DNA of 32,000 nucleotides from Gallibacterium melopsittaci (GTDB lineage Bacteria > Pseudomonadota > Gammaproteobacteria > Enterobacterales > Pasteurellaceae). The stretch spans positions 91,603-123,602 of the forward strand of contig NZ_JBHLWA010000049.1 of the NCBI RefSeq assembly GCF_042433085.1, given 5' to 3'. The stretch's first letter is position 1, and each line of letters opens with the position of its first letter. Shown piece after piece: positions 1 to 9,374 of the stretch. The position numbers were made by a program, and so were the translations under genes. A model generated the notes under the pieces. That model searched no databases, was not told the DNA's origin, and saw only the letters and a list, made by a program, of their open reading frames with translations.

Positions 1-452
1 AAGCGATAACCTAAATGGTGATGGAAGTCTGCACTATTCTTTGTCAAATATTGATCTTCTTTTTCTGGATAACCGATACAGGCATTTAAGTTATAAATAT
101 GTTGTGCTTTAGAAATGTTCTCGATTGCCGTATAAAGTTTCTTACCTAAACCAGATTTTATTTGCGTTTCTTTCAAATAAATCGTTGTTTCAACTGCCCA
201 ATCATAAGCTGCACGACCTACAAATGCGCTAGTATAAGCATAACCCACAATTTCACCTGCTCTTTCTGCCACAATATACGGATATTTGGTTAACGTTTTT
301 TTCATTCTAGCTTGAAATTCCGCTAAACTCGGTACGTCATATTCAAATGTAATCGCTGTTTTTTCAACATAAGGGGCATAAATCGCTAAAATTGCAGGTG
401 CATCGTCTAATGTTGCGACTCGAATAATAATATCGTCATTGTTATGTTGCAT
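1..452 (-). CDS. GNAT-family N-acetyltransferase (phosphinothricin-acetyltransferase-like); 3' end runs off the window
   Basis: Absent from the ORF track because it has no stop in the window. My reverse-strand translation from the ATG at 452-450 reads MQHNNDDIIIRVATLDDAPAILAIYAPYVEKTAITFEYDVPSLAEFQARMKKTLTKYPYIVAERAGEIVGYAYTSAFVGRAAYDWAVETTIYLKETQIKSGLGKKLY... This layout is typical of the PAT/GNAT family. An AAGGA Shine-Dalgarno lies about 8 nt upstream. Confidence 0.7.
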   Translation of the reverse strand, partial: MQHNNDDIIIRVATLDDAPAILAIYAPYVEKTAITFEYDVPSLAEFQARMKKTLTKYPYIVAERAGEIVGYAYTSAFVGRAAYDWAVETTIYLKETQIKSGLGKKLYTAIENISKAQHIYNLNACIGYPEKEDQYLTKNSADFHHHLGYR

Positions 453-582
453 TTTCTTATCCTTCTTATTTTTAAAACTATTCGATAATAGCTAGCCTAA
501 TAGCTTTTTTCAAATATCTGTAAAACAAATTTAATTGTTCTACTCCACCTCAAACCGCATTTCATTCCATGGCAGTTGGCTC

Positions 583-588
583 TATAAT
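583..588 (+). promoter_or_regulatory. Candidate -10 hexamer (TATAAT) for codBA
   Basis: A perfect TATAAT lies in the intergenic region 48 nt upstream of the codB ATG. The -35 region 16-18 bp upstream matches TTGACA only weakly, so this is tentative. Confidence 0.3.
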
Positions 589-635
589 AAGCAACGCAAC
601 AACACACATCATCTATCATTTAAGGAGTGATCATT

Positions 636-1856
636 ATGTCAACTGACAACTATAGTCTGAAACCCGTTCCTGCCTCTGAACGTAAAGGAATAGTAGCCCT
701 AACATTTGTTATGTTGGGGCTTACTTTTTTCTCTGCCAGTATGTGGACAGGCGGTACATTAGGCACATCCCTTACTTATCACAACTTTTTCCTTGCTGTG
801 ATTATTGGGAACTTAATGTTAGGCATTTACACCTCATTTCTCGGTTACATTGGTGCCAAAACAGGCTTAACTACCCATATTCTGGCACGTTATTCTTTCG
901 GCGTAAAAGGATCTTGGCTACCTTCTGCTTTATTGGGCGGTACTCAAGTAGGTTGGTTTGGCGTTGGGGTTGCTATGTTTGCGATTCCTGTCAATAAATT
1001 TACTGGAATTGATGTGAACTTATTGATCTTAATCTCTGGGGCATTAATGACAATTACTGTCTTTTTTGGTATTTCAGCATTAACCGCTCTCTCAGTGATT
1101 GCCGTGCCTTCTATCGCTTTACTCGGTGGTTATTCAGTTTATTTAGCCATTCATGATGCTGGCGGACTAGCAACCTTACAGCAATTAATGCCAAAAGAGC
1201 CAATGTCTCTCTCAGTAGCTATTACCTTAGTTGTTGGTTCTTTTATTAGTGCAGGTACATTAACCGCTGATTTTGTACGCTTTGGCAAACAAGCCAAATA
1301 TACGGTTTTAGTTACTATGATTGCTTTCTTCTTAGGTAACTCACTAATGTTTATATTTGGTGCTGCTGGTGCAGCAGTAAAAGGTATGGCAGATATTTCT
1401 GATGTTATGGTGGCACAAGGTTTATTACTGCCTGCAATTATTGTTTTGGGATTAAATATTTGGACAACAAACGATAATGCTCTCTACGCTTCTGGTTTGG
1501 GCTTTGCCAATATTACTGGCGTGAGTAGCCGAATTTTATCTGTTATTAATGGGATTGTTGGTACCTTATGTGCATTATGGCTATACAATAACTTCGTTGG
1601 TTGGTTAACCTTCTTATCAGCAGCGATTCCACCTATTGGCGGTATCCTAATTGCCGACTACTTAACCCGTCGCCATGCTTATCAAAATTTTGAACAAGCA
1701 CATTTTGTCAATATTAACTGGGCAGCAATTGTCGCAGTCGGTGTTGGAGTAGCTTGTGGTAAATTCTTACCCGGTATTATTCCTGTGAATGCGGTAATCA
1801 GTGGTGCGATTGCTTACCTTGTATTAAATCCATTATTACGTAAAAAATTCGCTTAA
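636..1856 (+). CDS. codB: Cytosine permease
   Basis: The protein closely resembles E. coli CodB along its whole length (e.g. LTFVMLGLTFFSASMWTGGTLGT, GAKTGLTTH, NIWTTNDNALYASGLGFANITG). I prefer the ATG at 636, with AAGGAG at 622-627, over the track's GTG at 627. Confidence 0.95.
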   Translation: MSTDNYSLKPVPASERKGIVALTFVMLGLTFFSASMWTGGTLGTSLTYHNFFLAVIIGNLMLGIYTSFLGYIGAKTGLTTHILARYSFGVKGSWLPSALLGGTQVGWFGVGVAMFAIPVNKFTGIDVNLLILISGALMTITVFFGISALTALSVIAVPSIALLGGYSVYLAIHDAGGLATLQQLMPKEPMSLSVAITLVVGSFISAGTLTADFVRFGKQAKYTVLVTMIAFFLGNSLMFIFGAAGAAVKGMADISDVMVAQGLLLPAIIVLGLNIWTTNDNALYASGLGFANITGVSSRILSVINGIVGTLCALWLYNNFVGWLTFLSAAIPPIGGILIADYLTRRHAYQNFEQAHFVNINWAAIVAVGVGVACGKFLPGIIPVNAVISGAIAYLVLNPLLRKKFA

Positions 1857-1885
1857 TTTCAGTTATATAAGAAAAGGAAATCAAG

Positions 1886-3148
1886 ATGTTAATCAAAAAT
1901 GCTCATCTACCAGATCGCCAAGGTCTATGGCAGTTATTCATAGAAAATGGCCGTATTCAACAAATTCTACCCAATGATGCACCAATCAATGTAACAACAG
2001 AAGTATTAGATGCCGAAAATGGCATTATTTATCCGCCATTTATCGAACCACATATTCATTTAGATGCCACACAAACTGCTGGACAACCTAACTGGAATCA
2101 ATCTGGTACATTATTTGAGGGAATTGAACGTTGGGCCGAACGAAAATCTATGCTCAACCACGAAGATGTAAAACAACGTGCTTGGAAAACCTTAAAATGG
2201 CAAATCGCAAATGGTGTGCAATTCGTTCGTACTCATGTGGATGTTTCCGATCCAACATTAACCGCTATGAAAGCAATGTTAGAGGTCAAAGCAGAAGTTG
2301 CTCCTTGGGTAGATTTACAAATTGTCGCCTTTCCACAAGAAGGTATCCTCTCTTACCCAAATGGTGAAGCGTTACTTGAACAAGCAATGGAAATGGGGGC
2401 TGATATCGTCGGTGGCATTCCACATTTTGAATTCACTCGTGAATATGGGGTGCAATCGATGCAAATCGCATTCGATATTGCACGCCGTTATCACAAACCA
2501 TTAGATATTCATTGCGATGAAATTGATGATGAGCAATCTCGTTTTGTTGAAACCGTTGCAGCCTTAGCGCTTAAATATGAAATGGGTGATCAAGTTACTG
2601 CTAGCCATACGACTGCGATGCACTCTTATAATGGTGCCTATGCTTCTCGCCTATTCCGTTTATTAAAACTCTCTGGTATCAATTTTGTCGCTAATCCATT
2701 AGTCAATATTCATCTACAAGGTCGTTTTGATACTTATCCTAAACGCCGAGGGATTACACGGGTGAAAGAGTTACTTGAAAATGGAATGAATGTCTGTTTT
2801 GGTCATGACGATGTATTCGATCCTTGGTATCCATTAGGTACAGCGAATATGTTACAAGTTTTACATATGGGATTACACGTTTGCCAATTAATGGGATATG
2901 GTCAAATTAATAGTGGATTAAATTTAATCACCCACAATAGTGCCAAAACATTAGGAATTAAAGATTATGGCATTCTTGAAGGGCAAGTGGCTAATCTTGT
3001 GATCTTACCTGCTGAAAATGGTTTTGATGCAGTTCGCCGTCAGGTGCCAACTCGTTATTCCATTCGTCAAGGTAAATTAATTGCAGAAACCCAGTTAGCT
3101 CAAACAAAAATCCATTTAAGCCAACCAGAGCAAATCACTTATCGCTAA
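1886..3148 (+). CDS. codA: Cytosine deaminase
   Basis: Near-colinear similarity to E. coli CodA ([83 protein letters not shown]). It starts 29 nt after codB and has a Shine-Dalgarno. Confidence 0.95.
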   Translation: MLIKNAHLPDRQGLWQLFIENGRIQQILPNDAPINVTTEVLDAENGIIYPPFIEPHIHLDATQTAGQPNWNQSGTLFEGIERWAERKSMLNHEDVKQRAWKTLKWQIANGVQFVRTHVDVSDPTLTAMKAMLEVKAEVAPWVDLQIVAFPQEGILSYPNGEALLEQAMEMGADIVGGIPHFEFTREYGVQSMQIAFDIARRYHKPLDIHCDEIDDEQSRFVETVAALALKYEMGDQVTASHTTAMHSYNGAYASRLFRLLKLSGINFVANPLVNIHLQGRFDTYPKRRGITRVKELLENGMNVCFGHDDVFDPWYPLGTANMLQVLHMGLHVCQLMGYGQINSGLNLITHNSAKTLGIKDYGILEGQVANLVILPAENGFDAVRRQVPTRYSIRQGKLIAETQLAQTKIHLSQPEQITYR

Positions 3149-3160
3149 AACAGCAACAAC

Positions 3161-3197
3161 ACGCAATTTGATCATTTGGTCAAATTGCGTTTCTTCT
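3161..3197 (+). terminator. Rho-independent terminator after codA
   Basis: An 11-bp perfect stem, ACGCAATTTGA (3161-3171) pairing with TCAAATTGCGT (3180-3190), has an 8-nt loop and is followed by TTCTTCT. Confidence 0.7.
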
Positions 3198-3258
3198 GGT
3201 TTTAGTATCTAATGGCAGCATTTATCACAACACCTTTCAATCATTTAAAGGAACACCT

Positions 3259-3699
3259 ATGGAAAAACAGAATGAATTACAACGTACTCTCGATTGGTTC
3301 AAAGAAGCAAAACCTCACCCAGAATTAAAAGATCTTTCCGTACAAATTGGCTGTCATTTTGAAGAAGTGGTCGAAATGTTAGATGCACTCGGTCATTCTG
3401 AAATGGCACATAATCTTGAAATTCTTGCCAATAGCTATAAACAAAATAAACAAGTAGAACGTTTAACCCAATTAACCCATGAACATAAAGTCGAAGTCCT
3501 AGATTCACTTGCTGATCAAGTTGTTACCGCAACTGGCGTTGCTTATATGGCAGGCTTTGACTTCTCCTCCGCTTTTGCTGAAGTCAACGACTCAAATTAG
3601 TCTAAATTTGAAGATGGCAAAGCTGTTTTTGATGAAAACGGCAAAATTAAAAAAGGTAAAAACTACTTTAAACCTGATTTGGAGAAGTTTGTTAAGTAA
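3259..3699 (+). pseudogene. MazG-like NTP pyrophosphohydrolase family gene with an in-frame TAG at 3598-3600
   Basis: The 113-aa ORF ends ...AFAEVNDSN*. The same frame then continues SKFEDGKAVFDENGKIKKGKNYFKPDLEKFVK to a TAA at 3697-3699. The combined sequence (V..SN-x-SKF...G......GKI.KG.NY..PDL) is the usual C-terminus of small MazG/PRA-PH-like proteins. Confidence 0.6.
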
Positions 3700-3706
3700 T
3701 AAAAAA

Positions 3707-3737
3707 AATCGCCTGAAGCATAACACATCAGGCGATT
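3707..3737. terminator. Bidirectional hairpin terminator between the convergent MazG-like gene and the autotransporter
   Basis: AATCGCCTGA (3707-3716) pairs with TCAGGCGATT (3728-3737). The A8 run at 3701-3708 gives a U-tract for the minus-strand (autotransporter) transcript. TTTGGCTTT follows on the plus strand. Confidence 0.7.
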
Positions 3738-3758
3738 TGGCTTTATAGAGAGCAACCT

Positions 3759-6700
3759 TTATTTAAACTGCCATGAAATCGCTAAACGAAGATTATAAGA
3801 ACCTGCTCTTCCATGACCAAACTCTTTTTCGGCATCAATGAACACATTGGTTTTTTCACTTACATGAGCATTATAACCAACGCCAACCGCATACCACGTA
3901 CCGCGAGTATTCCAGCTATTCTGATAAGCCCCTGTTCTGTCTTTCGCATTGAAGCTTCGTTTACCTAAAAATTCATGCAGAATATTGCCTTTCACATAAA
4001 GACGATTATCACCAGTTTCATCTAACCATCTGACAACATCCATACCTACACGGCCAATTAAACTCTTTGTATGACTAAGTTTCACTTCAATATCATTACT
4101 GGTGCGATAATCCGCACTTGTCAAATACGCAAATTGTAATTGTGCTTGTGGTACGATATACCAACGTTTGTCATCATCGATAAATTTACGATAACCGTGT
4201 TCTGTGCTGGCACTCAAAAGATAATTCTTATAATCCCCTCGTCCCCATAATTGACCATTTCTCATCACGGCATCATAGTGATTATGTAAAGCACCTATCC
4301 TTAACACGTTATCATTGTAATAACTGTCATCGCCCTCTTCATTCTGACGTTGGTTAGTGTTGTAAAGACTTAAAACGTATTTCTTTATCCGTCCTTTACT
4401 GAACTCATTATCCAACGATGCTTTTGCATGACTATATGTGAAGCTTAAACCCCATTTCCGTTTCTTCTCCTCTTCATTACGACTAAATTTGTCATAACCG
4501 ATTTCATAGTCATTATTATTGAAGCTAAATACGCCTGATTGTGTTAAGCGTGTATGCGTTGCCCTTGCCCATGCGCCTTCTTTTTTGTCCAATAAAGAGT
4601 AAGCCCTTTCTCCCTCACGTTTGGTATAGGTATCTAACATAAAACCATAATAGGCTGTAGCATCAAACATATCACCAATGTCAGTTGTATTTCGGCTTGG
4701 ATGATTATCACGAGATTTCACTAAATAGACATTTTGGCTTCCTGCACCACCATATTCCTGACTATATACATCCCCCGCTTTCTCTTGTGTCATCTCTTGA
4801 CCGTTAAATGCTTGGTTATACTCCACTGTATTATCTGGGTCTGTTGCTTGGTCCGAATACTCCACTCTTAAGGCTTGTCTAAAGAGGCGATCTTCTGTGG
4901 TGGCATATACCTTACCATTAACAAACTCATTCTGTGATCGTTGTACCGTCGCAAAGCGTAGCCTATCACCATAATCCATGCTATTGACCACCTCTGGAAG
5001 ATTCTTAATCACCACATCTTGCGGTGTTGCTGTTCCCTCCTTGACATATAACATATCACTATGAACGCCGTCTTTATTTAATTGCATAAGGAAACGATTT
5101 GCTCCTGCCAATTTATCAATATGAAGAGCACGACCTTCTGTTTGGCTATTGAGATCAACCGTTCCTTCTCCGCCTAATTGACTTACCCAACTCTGCCCTG
5201 TCATCATCCAAAGCGAATCTTTTGCTAGATTAAGATTAACAGTACCAGCACTATTTGCTATTGCGGCTGGATTTAAAGAGTCCTGAATCATAGGGAATAA
5301 AGCATTATGCTGTGCATTCGCAAAGGCATTAAAGTTATCTATACGCCCCTCAAGGTAACTATTCGGGGTAAGATTTAATGCCACCAAACCACCATTAATC
5401 GCTTGGGAATCCCCTTTCATCAATAAGGTACTACCGTGTGACTTCACCTCAATCTGTCCATTATCAGCCCACATATGGCCTTGTATACGACTAGATTGTG
5501 AGTAATTTAACTGCACTTGACCTGCCGAAAAAGCAACCGCTGCCACAGGTGCCGCAATATTCAGTTCCCCTTCAATACTCGCTACCCCCTCATAGCTACT
5601 TCTGACGGCTGTTTTGGATGCTAACACGGTATTATGAGGTGCTACTAACTCAATGTGTGCTTTAGTATTCGCACTCACACCGATGTTCGCACCCGTCAGT
5701 TGGTTACGCTCTTGTGCTTCCAAGACAATACGGCTTTCATCTCTTGCAGATGCCCCATAATGTTTCAAATGCTCCGTATTTTCGGGAAGCGTTTGCTGAA
5801 TAATATTATTTTTAGCACGAAGAGTAAGCATAGACCCCTTATCAGAAGCAAAAGCCCCTGTCGTTCCTTCACCCCTAAGATAATCTTCTCTTTGTTTCAA
5901 CACGGGTGAGGCATTAATAATGGCTAAATCTTGGCTATCACCAGAGAGTTCAATAATATTATTCCCATTCGGGGCATTAAGGGTAAGTGATTGTTGATTC
6001 GACGTAGACGTAATAATATCAGGCTTAACTTCAAGTCCCCGAGAACCTAGCATCGCATTTTTCACGATGACGTGATTATCACCAGTACTAGCTAGCAACT
6101 CGGTAGAGGATTCGGAACCTGTGAAGATACCTGTTTGGATGGTTGGATTTCCTCCAATGCTAATCCTATTTTCTTTAGCATTCAATTTGAGCGTACTGTT
6201 GCCACTGTTATGAAGACCAATACGATAAACCAACTTGCTATCAAGCAATGGCATTTGCGGAGTATTAATATCTGGATTGATAACCGTAATAAGATTTCGT
6301 CCCTGCTCTGCGGATAAAAGCACCTTGCTCTCATGCTGAGATACCACACCATAAACCTCACCATGAACACGTAACTGCATATCCACCGTGTTATCCCCTG
6401 CAGAAGCAATCAGCTGAGCTGTAGCACCTGCTATCCCTTTACCAGCTTTATCTACACCTGTAGCAAGCACCCCAATGGATTGCAAAGTATGTGTATTACG
6501 AAGAACACCATCCGTACTTTGATACCCTAACCCTAAGCCACTGCCTTCACTATATAACTGGATAGTATTGGCTTTTGCCGAAAGTTTTACCTCATTACCA
6601 CGCCAAGCCGTTATACCACGATAGAGGGATTTGATATTCCTTAAATCTTCTGGCAGCGCTTGATTAAGGAGCAAAGTCGCTGAGAGGTGATTAATCCCAT

Positions 6701-8930
6701 TGGGTGCACTTAAAGTAACATTGCTACCCTGAGCTTTAATTAAGTTACCCTCAGTTCCTTGGGTAGGCGTAGAATTAACAGAAGTTTGATGGGTAATAAA
6801 GTTACCTGCTTCTGTTGCCGTCAGTTGAATACCGCCACTTGTAAAATCAGCATCAAAAGTCTTAACTACAATACCATTCCATGCATTAGCATTGACAGAA
6901 AGATGGTTTTCTGCTGCCTCAAGCTCAATAGTACCTCTTCCATCACTAGACAAACCATATACTGAAGATTTCATCGTATCTTTTGCAATACCCTCTTCTT
7001 TACCAATAATAAGCTGATTAAACCGACTTGCCTTAAAGGTAGATTTCCCTCCAGCCGTGCTGAGAATACCGTATATATTGCCCCCTCCACTTTGAGACGT
7101 ATCAAACTGCGTATCACTGCTGATGGTGAATTGGTTGTCCCCTGCTGTAGCTGTAATATTAATCGTTCCAGCACTACTCGATACACCATATCGTGTACGT
7201 ACATTAGGTGTATCCAATAAGAAGTTATTCACTTTCCCCTCCACCTCGATAGTGCCTTGTACACCACTTGTCCTATACCCGTACACCGTTGGAATCACTC
7301 CAGAATCGGATTCAGTTGCTTGTTCATCTCTGCTTATGATGAGACTATTGATACCTTTAGCAACCAAACGGACATCTCCTTTGTTAGCAAAGACACCATA
7401 TAACAATTTAGAGGCGCGATTATCCATCTTTAATAAATTGTCTTGCGTTGCAATCAGTTCCACTCGGTTCATTGATGTAGGATTACTTGACTTTGCGACT
7501 ATCAAATACTTCTCATCCGTCGATGCTCCCTCAACACTAATACGGTTATTCGTAGCACTTAGTGTGACAATACCTCCTTCAGTTCCTGAGTAGTCACTAG
7601 CAAAAATACCCCCAAAAACTTGCATGTTTACAGGTGAATTATTGGTAAAGGTAATGATATTATCCTTTGCCGTCTCCAAAGTGACTGTATTCCCATAATT
7701 GAGAATTCCTAGACGATATGGACTATTTTTCGCCACTGTAGATAAACTATCAGTAATAGTTATGTTTTCTTGGGTTTTCAACACAACAGAAGCACTCAGT
7801 CCAGTGACCTCTATATGTTCACTGTTAATATTCTTTTTACTCATAAGGGCAATTAATGCGTTCGCTCCAACAGCAGATATATATCCTGTTCGTATATCTC
7901 CATTTCCCTTACTATCAAGTGTAATTGATGCGTTCGCTCCACTAGCAAATATATATCCTGTTTGTATATCTCCATTTCCCTTACTATCAAGTGTAATTGA
8001 TGCGTTCGCTCCACCAGCAAATATATATCCTGTTTGTATATCTCCATTTCCCTTACTATCAAGTGTAATTGATGCGTTCGCTCCACCAGCAGATATATAT
8101 CCTGTTTGTATATCTCCATTTCCCTTACTATCAAGTGTAATTGATGCGTTCGCTCCAACAGCAGATATATATCCTGTTTGTATACCTCCCTCTCCCTGGC
8201 TATTGTCAAGCTTAACCGAGGATCCCTTCCCTGAGGCAAAGATATAATCACTGCTAATCTTCTGCTTACTTGTAAGGATAACTGATGTGCCCTCTCCAAC
8301 CGTAGTTATAGATCCTACCTGTATACCCTTCTCACCCACATTATTATCAAGTGTAATTGACGCATTCTTTCCAGACGCAGACAGTCTCCCTACTTTTATA
8401 CTTCCTTCTCCCTCATGATTATCAAGTATAACCCTGGCTTCCTCTCCGTAAGCAGAAATATCACCACTGTTAATCTTTTGCTGACTTTTAAGATTAACTT
8501 GTGCATTACCCCAAATTAGAATTGAATTATCAAGTTGAATGTCTCCCTTACTTTCTATCGCAACATTGGCATTCTGCATACTTATCTTATTCTTAAGGTC
8601 AACACCTCCTTCATGACTTTTCAATACAATGCTCTTTTTCGGTAAGCCAGTACTTGTGTCATATATACTGTGACTTCCTTCTAGATTAATATCCCCCTCT
8701 GCTTCAATCTTAATCGCTTGCTCACTATTCTCATCCGACATAGCAACAGCCTTGCCACCTCTTACTACAATAGAAATACCACCATTGCTATTTGTGACTA
8801 TATTCTTGTCTAACTTATTTTCTACGGTTTTTGTAATAGTCACATCCCCTGCCCAAACAGGACTGGATAAACAACTTACTAATACTGTTGCAATAATAGA
8901 AAGTTTAAATTTTTGTGTGCGTTTTTTCAT
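3759..8930 (-). CDS. Large autotransporter (type Va) with a repetitive beta-helix-like passenger and a C-terminal beta-barrel
   Basis: The N-terminus is a Sec signal peptide (MKKRTQKFKLSIIATVLVSCLSSPVWA/GD). The long G/N/S/T/I-rich passenger contains 24-aa tandem repeats. The C-terminal ~280 aa has the alternating aromatic/hydrophobic pattern of an autotransporter beta-domain (...YAVGVGYNAHVSEKTNVFIDAEKEFGHGRAGSYNLRLAISWQFK). An AAGGA Shine-Dalgarno lies 6 nt upstream of the ATG. Confidence 0.9.
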   Translation of the reverse strand: MKKRTQKFKLSIIATVLVSCLSSPVWAGDVTITKTVENKLDKNIVTNSNGGISIVVRGGKAVAMSDENSEQAIKIEAEGDINLEGSHSIYDTSTGLPKKSIVLKSHEGGVDLKNKISMQNANVAIESKGDIQLDNSILIWGNAQVNLKSQQKINSGDISAYGEEARVILDNHEGEGSIKVGRLSASGKNASITLDNNVGEKGIQVGSITTVGEGTSVILTSKQKISSDYIFASGKGSSVKLDNSQGEGGIQTGYISAVGANASITLDSKGNGDIQTGYISAGGANASITLDSKGNGDIQTGYIFAGGANASITLDSKGNGDIQTGYIFASGANASITLDSKGNGDIRTGYISAVGANALIALMSKKNINSEHIEVTGLSASVVLKTQENITITDSLSTVAKNSPYRLGILNYGNTVTLETAKDNIITFTNNSPVNMQVFGGIFASDYSGTEGGIVTLSATNNRISVEGASTDEKYLIVAKSSNPTSMNRVELIATQDNLLKMDNRASKLLYGVFANKGDVRLVAKGINSLIISRDEQATESDSGVIPTVYGYRTSGVQGTIEVEGKVNNFLLDTPNVRTRYGVSSSAGTINITATAGDNQFTISSDTQFDTSQSGGGNIYGILSTAGGKSTFKASRFNQLIIGKEEGIAKDTMKSSVYGLSSDGRGTIELEAAENHLSVNANAWNGIVVKTFDADFTSGGIQLTATEAGNFITHQTSVNSTPTQGTEGNLIKAQGSNVTLSAPNGINHLSATLLLNQALPEDLRNIKSLYRGITAWRGNEVKLSAKANTIQLYSEGSGLGLGYQSTDGVLRNTHTLQSIGVLATGVDKAGKGIAGATAQLIASAGDNTVDMQLRVHGEVYGVVSQHESKVLLSAEQGRNLITVINPDINTPQMPLLDSKLVYRIGLHNSGNSTLKLNAKENRISIGGNPTIQTGIFTGSESSTELLASTGDNHVIVKNAMLGSRGLEVKPDIITSTSNQQSLTLNAPNGNNIIELSGDSQDLAIINASPVLKQREDYLRGEGTTGAFASDKGSMLTLRAKNNIIQQTLPENTEHLKHYGASARDESRIVLEAQERNQLTGANIGVSANTKAHIELVAPHNTVLASKTAVRSSYEGVASIEGELNIAAPVAAVAFSAGQVQLNYSQSSRIQGHMWADNGQIEVKSHGSTLLMKGDSQAINGGLVALNLTPNSYLEGRIDNFNAFANAQHNALFPMIQDSLNPAAIANSAGTVNLNLAKDSLWMMTGQSWVSQLGGEGTVDLNSQTEGRALHIDKLAGANRFLMQLNKDGVHSDMLYVKEGTATPQDVVIKNLPEVVNSMDYGDRLRFATVQRSQNEFVNGKVYATTEDRLFRQALRVEYSDQATDPDNTVEYNQAFNGQEMTQEKAGDVYSQEYGGAGSQNVYLVKSRDNHPSRNTTDIGDMFDATAYYGFMLDTYTKREGERAYSLLDKKEGAWARATHTRLTQSGVFSFNNNDYEIGYDKFSRNEEEKKRKWGLSFTYSHAKASLDNEFSKGRIKKYVLSLYNTNQRQNEEGDDSYYNDNVLRIGALHNHYDAVMRNGQLWGRGDYKNYLLSASTEHGYRKFIDDDKRWYIVPQAQLQFAYLTSADYRTSNDIEVKLSHTKSLIGRVGMDVVRWLDETGDNRLYVKGNILHEFLGKRSFNAKDRTGAYQNSWNTRGTWYAVGVGYNAHVSEKTNVFIDAEKEFGHGRAGSYNLRLAISWQFK
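7858..8217. repeat. 72-bp tandem repeat, 4 near-identical copies plus one diverging copy, inside the autotransporter passenger
   Basis: GCGTTCGCTCC recurs at 7858, 7930, 8002, 8074 and 8146, an exact 72-bp period. Each unit encodes GANASITLDSKGNGDIQTGYI[S/F]A[G/V/S]. More degenerate 24-aa units extend to about 8470. Confidence 0.9.
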
Positions 8931-8939
8931 AATATGTCC

Positions 8940-9374
8940 TTAATATGTAGTGAAGAAAGTATGGATAACTAAATTGCGTGAAGCGCTAATTGAGCTATCA
9001 AAGGCATACACAGATAATAGGCGACCATCTATTGACCCATATGTGCCAATAGTTTGAAAACAAGGGAATGATAAAAATTCTGTATCTGGGGAAGGAGGAA
9101 TTAAGTTATCAAAATTTCGATGATTCAATGCAGTTAACGCATTGTTGAGATAGTTATTACTGACTGACTGACTGACTGACTGACTGACTGACTGACTGAC
9201 TGACTGACTGACTGACTGACTGACTGACTGACTGACTGACTGACTGACTGACTGACTGACTGACTGACTGACTGACTGACTGACTGACTGACTGACTGAC
9301 TGACTAGCAAAATTATCTAAGCCCGTCCTCCACTCCGTCAAGCCTTTATCAATATATTGAAGTTTTATTGCCAT
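8940..9374 (-). CDS. Upstream ORF containing the tetranucleotide repeat; possible phase-variable leader peptide, function unknown
   Basis: The first ATG is at 9374, with GAGAGG 6 nt upstream. The track's 9401 start is a TTG. The ORF reads through the repeat as (SQSV)x12 and stays open for 76 further codons. It stops at a TAA (8940-8942) that overlaps the autotransporter Shine-Dalgarno, 9 nt before its ATG. It shows no recognisable protein family, so coding status is uncertain. Confidence 0.3.
   Translation of the reverse strand: MAIKLQYIDKGLTEWRTGLDNFASQSVSQSVSQSVSQSVSQSVSQSVSQSVSQSVSQSVSQSVSQSVSQSVSNNYLNNALTALNHRNFDNLIPPSPDTEFLSFPCFQTIGTYGSIDGRLLSVYAFDSSISASRNLVIHTFFTTY
9159..9305. repeat. 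Tetranucleotide microsatellite (TGAC)x36 on the plus strand, equivalent to (GTCA)/(AGTC)n on the gene strand
   Basis: Direct count gives 36 perfect TGAC units at 9161-9304, plus partial units at each end. The tract lies 229 bp upstream of the autotransporter ATG. Confidence 0.98.

Noticed and set aside
3509-3748. The 79-aa plus-strand ORF overlapping the tail of the MazG-like gene and the terminator.
   Set aside because: It is out of frame with the conserved MazG-like C-terminal sequence and runs through the terminator hairpin. Its peptide is low-complexity and Leu/Lys-rich.
7699-8299. ORFs 7699-8247 (+) and 7853-8299 (-) with strikingly repetitive peptides.
   Set aside because: They are alternative-frame readings of the 72-bp tandem repeat inside the autotransporter. 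The repetition is a DNA-level artefact and does not indicate independent genes.
7858-9305. Whether the 72-bp repeats or the TGAC tract could be a CRISPR array.
   Set aside because: The units are directly adjacent with no unique spacers. The 72-bp units are in-frame coding sequence, and the other tract is a 4-bp microsatellite.
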